From: an uncultured virus (IMG/VR IMGVR_UViG_3300045815_000012)
Taxonomy: Duplodnaviria; Heunggongvirae; Uroviricota; Caudoviricetes
Length of the DNA: 34,856 bases
Strand: one strand, 5' to 3'
IMG/VR virus record: IMGVR_UViG_3300045815_000012
The position numbers and the translations under genes were made by a program. Each line of letters begins with the position of its first letter. Within the stretch, counting starts at the first letter, position 1. The notes below the pieces were generated by a model that saw only the letters and a list, made by a program, of their open reading frames with translations, did no database searches and had not been told where the DNA came from. This document shows positions 34,836-34,856 of this stretch, in pieces.

Positions 34836-34856
34836 TCATAATAGCTCTTTTGTTAA

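Overview
Most of a temperate long-tailed (siphovirus-type) phage of a low-GC Firmicute, most likely Enterococcus (inferred from gene families and the LepA tail). Minus strand: start of the tape measure gene, tail/head genes, portal, terminase, ArpU late activator, a variable array of small early genes, and replication/recombination genes (DnaD-type initiator with iterons, RecE/Bet-like pair). A divergent cro/cI switch follows. The plus strand then carries a long lysogeny/moron operon (HsdR_N nuclease, lipoprotein, membrane-anchored EndA-like DNase, ABC-ATPase-TOPRIM plus Dam-like adenine methylase) and a tyrosine integrase. After int is an attP-type junction carrying a replacement 3' end of lepA, so the window probably spans a circularised or tandem phage. 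Highlights: (1) about ten degenerate 11-6-11 bp sites at gene stop codons across 13.4-18.1 kb, suggesting a gene-cassette array; (2) an OLD/PARIS-like ATPase-TOPRIM + Dam pair preceded by a duplicated tRNA-minihelix element; (3) a structured ~300-nt late leader with repeated SD-like hairpins and a terminator before terS; (4) several candidate small RNAs; (5) a -1 frameshift in the tail chaperone. All calls come from reading motifs by eye; no database searches were run.
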